From: the human T2T-CHM13v2.0 reference genome, Homo sapiens
NCBI RefSeq assembly: GCF_009914755.1
Contig: NC_060943.1
Strand: one strand, 5' to 3'
Length of the DNA stretch: 64,000 bases
Each line of letters begins with the position of its first letter. Within the stretch, counting starts at the first letter, position 1. This document shows positions 61,040-64,000 of this stretch, piece after piece. A model generated the notes under the pieces. It made no database searches. It saw only the letters and a program-made list of their open reading frames with translations, and had not been told where the DNA came from. The position numbers and the translations under genes were made by a program.

Positions 61040-64000
61040 AGGAAATATCTTCCTATAGAAACTAGACAGAATGATTCTCAGAAACTCCTTTGTGATGTGT
61101 GCGTTCAACTCACAGAGTTTAACCTTTCTTTTCATAGAGCAGTTAGGAAACACTCTGTTTGTAAAGTCTGCAAGTGGATATTCAGACCTCTTTGAGGCCT
61201 TCGTTGGAAACGGGATTTCTTCATATTATGCTAGACAGAAGAATTCTTAGTAACTTCCTTGTGTTGTGTGTATTCAACTCACAGAGTTGAACGATCCTTT
61301 ACACAGAGCAGACTTGAAACACTCTTTTTGTGGAATTTGCAAGTGGAGATTTCAGCCGCTTTAAGGTCAATGGTAGAATAGGAAATATCTTCCTATAGAA
61401 ACTAGACAGAATGATTCTGAGAAACTCCATTGTGATGTGTGCGTTCAACTCACAGAGTTTAACCTTTCTTTCATATAGCAGTTAGGAAACACTCTGTTTG
61501 TAAAGTCTGCAAGTGGATATTCAGACCTCCTTGAGGCCTTCGTTGGAAACGGGATTTCTTCATATTATGCTAGACAGAAGAATTCTCAGTAACTTCCTTG
61601 TGTTGTGTGTATTCAACTCGCAGAGTTGAACGATCCTTTACACAGAGCAGACTTGAAACACTCTTTTTGTGGAATTTGCAAGTGGAGATTTCAGCCGCTT
61701 TGGGTTGAATGGTAGAATAGGAAATATCTTCCTATAGAAACTAGACAGAATGATTCTCAGAAACTCCTTTGTGATGTGTGCGTTCAACTCACAGAGTTCA
61801 ACCTTTCTTTTCATAGAGCAGTTGGGAAACACTCTGTTTGTAAATTCTGCAAATGCATATTCAGACTTCTTTGAGGCCTTCGTTGGAAGCGGGATTTCTT
61901 CATATTCTGCTAGACAGAAGAATTCTCAGAAACTTCGATGTGTTGTGTGTTTTCAAATCACAGAGTTCAACGATCCTTTACACAGAGTAGACTTGAAACA
62001 CTCTTTTTGTGGAATTGGCAGGGTGGAGATTTCAGCCGCTTTGAGGTCAATGGTAGAAAAAGAAATATCTTCGTATAAAAACTAGACAGAGTGATTCTCA
62101 GAAACTCCTTTGTGATGTCTGCGTTCAACTCACAGAGTTTAACCTTTCTTTTCATAGAGCAGTTGGGAAACACTCTGTTTGTAAAGTCTGCAAGTGGATA
62201 TTCAGACCTCCTTGAGGCTTTCGTTGGAAACGGGATTTCTACATATTATGCTAGACAGAAGAATTCTCAGTAACTTCCTTGTGTTGTGTGTATTCAACTC
62301 ACAGAGTTGAATGATCCTTTACACAGAGCAGACTTGAAACACTCTTTTTGTGGAATTTGCAAGTGGAGATTTCAGCCGCTTTGAGGTCAATGGTAGAATA
62401 GGAAATATCTTCCTATAGAAACTAGACAGAATGATTCTCAGAAACTCCTTTGTGATGTGTGCGTTCAACTCACAGAGTTCAACCTTTCTTTTCATAGAGC
62501 AGTTGGGAAACACTCTGTTTGTAAAGTCTGCAAGTGGATATTCAGACTTCTTTGAGGCCTTCGTTGGAAGCGGGATTTCTTCATATTCTGCTAGACAGAA
62601 GAATTCTCAGTAACTTCCTTGTGTTGTGTGTATTCAACTCACAGAGTTGAACGATCCTTTACACAGAGCAGACTTGAAACACTCTTTTTGTGGAATTTGC
62701 AAGTGGAGATTTCAGCCGCTTTGAGGTCAATGGTAGAATAGGAAATATCTTCCTATAGAAACTAGACAGAATGATTCTCAGAAACTCCTTTGTGATGTGT
62801 GCGTTCAACTCACAGAGTTTAACCTTTCTTTTCATAGAGCAGTTAGGAAACACTCTGTTTGTAAAGTCTGCAAGTGGATATTCAGACCTCTTTGAGGCCT
62901 TCGTTGGAAACGGGATTTCTTCATATTATGCTAGACAGAAGAATTCTCAGTAACTTCCTTGTGTTGTGTGTATTCAACTCACAGAGTTGAACGATCCTTT
63001 ACACAGAGCAGACTTGAAACACTCTTTTTGTGGAATTTGCAAGTGGAGATTTCAGCCGCTTTAAGGTCAATGGTAGAATAGGAAATATCTTCCTATAGAA
63101 ACTAGACAGAATGATTCTGAGAAACTCCTTTGTGATGTGTGCGTTCAACTCACAGAGTTTAACCTTTCTTTCATATAGCAGTTAGGAAACACTCTGTTTG
63201 TAAAGTCTGCAAGTGGATATTCAGACCTCCTTGAGGCCTTCGTTGGAAACGGGATTTCTTCATATTATGCTAGACAGAAGAATTCTCAGTAACTTCCTTG
63301 TGTTGTGTGTATTCAACTCACAGAGTTGAACGATCCTTTACACAGAGCAGACTTGAAACACTCTTTTTGTGGAATTTGCAAGTGGAGATTTCAGCCGCTT
63401 TGAGTTGAATGGTAGAATAGGAAATATCTTCCTATAGAAACTAGACAGAATGATTCTGAGAAACTCCTTTGTGATGTGTGCGTTCAACTCACAGAGTTCA
63501 ACCTTTCTTTTCATAGAGCAGTTGGGAAACACTCTGTTTGTAAATTCTGCAAATGCATATTCAGACTTCTTTGAGGCCTTCGTTGGAAGCGGGATTTCTT
63601 CATATTCTGCTAGACAGAAGAATTCTCAGAAACTTCGATGTGTTGTGTGTTTTCAAATCACAGAGTTCAACGATCCTTTACACAGAGTAGACTTGAAACA
63701 CTCTTTTTGTGGAATTGGCAGGGTGGAGATTTCAGCCGCTTTGAGGTCAATGGTAGAAAAGGAAATATCTTCGTATAAAAACTAGACAGAGTGATTCTCA
63801 GAAACTCCTTTGTGATGTCTGCGTTCAACTCACAGAGTTTAACCTTTCTTTTCATAGAGCAGTTAGGAAACACTCTGTTTGTAAAGTCTGCAAGTGGATA
63901 TTCAGACCTCCTTGAGGCTTTCGTTGGAAACGGGATTTCTACATATTCTGCTAGAAAGAAGAATTCTCAGTAACTTCCTTGTGTTGTGTGTATTCAACTC
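61040..64000 (+). repeat. Tandem duplication of 1700 bp (5 dimers), truncated by the window end; partial relative at ~57.4-58.2 kb
   Basis: TTAAGGTC (61361/63061), 1-bp deletion with TCATATAGCA (61471/63171), GTTGAATGG, TAAATTCTGCAAATGCATAT (57421/61841/63541), GGCAGGGTGG (62017/63717). Confidence 0.9.

Larger units (their letters stand above)
1..64000 (+). repeat. Centromeric alpha satellite array, SF1 dimeric type (340-bp J1/J2 unit), most consistent with D1Z7/D5Z2/D19Z3 (S1C1/5/19H1L)
   Basis: 340-bp periodicity throughout (ORF starts at 214, 554, 894...). Alphoid motifs ATTCTCAGAAACT, TTCAACTCACAGAGTT, TTGAAACACTCTTTTTGT, GCAAGTGGA. CENP-B box in every second monomer and GAATTC once per dimer. 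Dimers differ only by scattered SNVs. Identity as alpha satellite is certain; the family assignment is from recognition of the consensus, not a database search. Confidence 0.97.

Noticed and set aside
78-63973. Hundreds of 60-111 aa ORFs on both strands (MILRNSFVM..., MFPNCSMKR...)
   Set aside because: They are translations of the 340-bp satellite unit. Lengths change with random SNVs and indels, and there is no recognisable domain or gene structure.
1-64000. CRISPR-like or other repeat-spacer array
   Set aside because: There are no unique spacers and no cas genes; the whole unit repeats.
1-64000. Alu/L1/other insertion or an inversion within the array
   Set aside because: The 340-bp register is kept throughout apart from 1-4 bp indels. 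I saw no poly(A) tail, foreign sequence or strand switch.
1-64000. Assignment to chromosome 1, 5 or 19, or to the kinetochore-forming domain
   Set aside because: The three arrays share this dimer. Assignment needs alignment to T2T assemblies and epigenetic data.

Overview
The whole 64 kb window is one uninterrupted head-to-tail array of human-type centromeric alpha satellite. It holds about 188 dimers of ~340 bp (a 171-bp A-type monomer plus a 169-bp B-type monomer), with a CENP-B box and usually an EcoRI site once per dimer. This matches the suprachromosomal family 1 (J1/J2) dimeric array shared by chromosomes 1, 5 and 19 (D1Z7/D5Z2/D19Z3, S1C1/5/19H1L); I cannot tell which chromosome. I see no genes, RNA genes, transposon insertions, inversions or CRISPR arrays, and the ORF track is an artefact of the repeat. 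I found no new gene-encoded system. What stands out is internal array structure read from diagnostic variants: local duplications of 1, 4, 5, 7, 8, 10, 12 and 18 dimers; three compositional domains; CENP-B box disruptions concentrated in the first 27 kb; several apparent crossover points falling in the same ~20-bp window next to a dyad; and two linked SNVs that make or break a 7-bp inverted repeat at the A-box position. All counts were made by eye and duplication boundaries are approximate.
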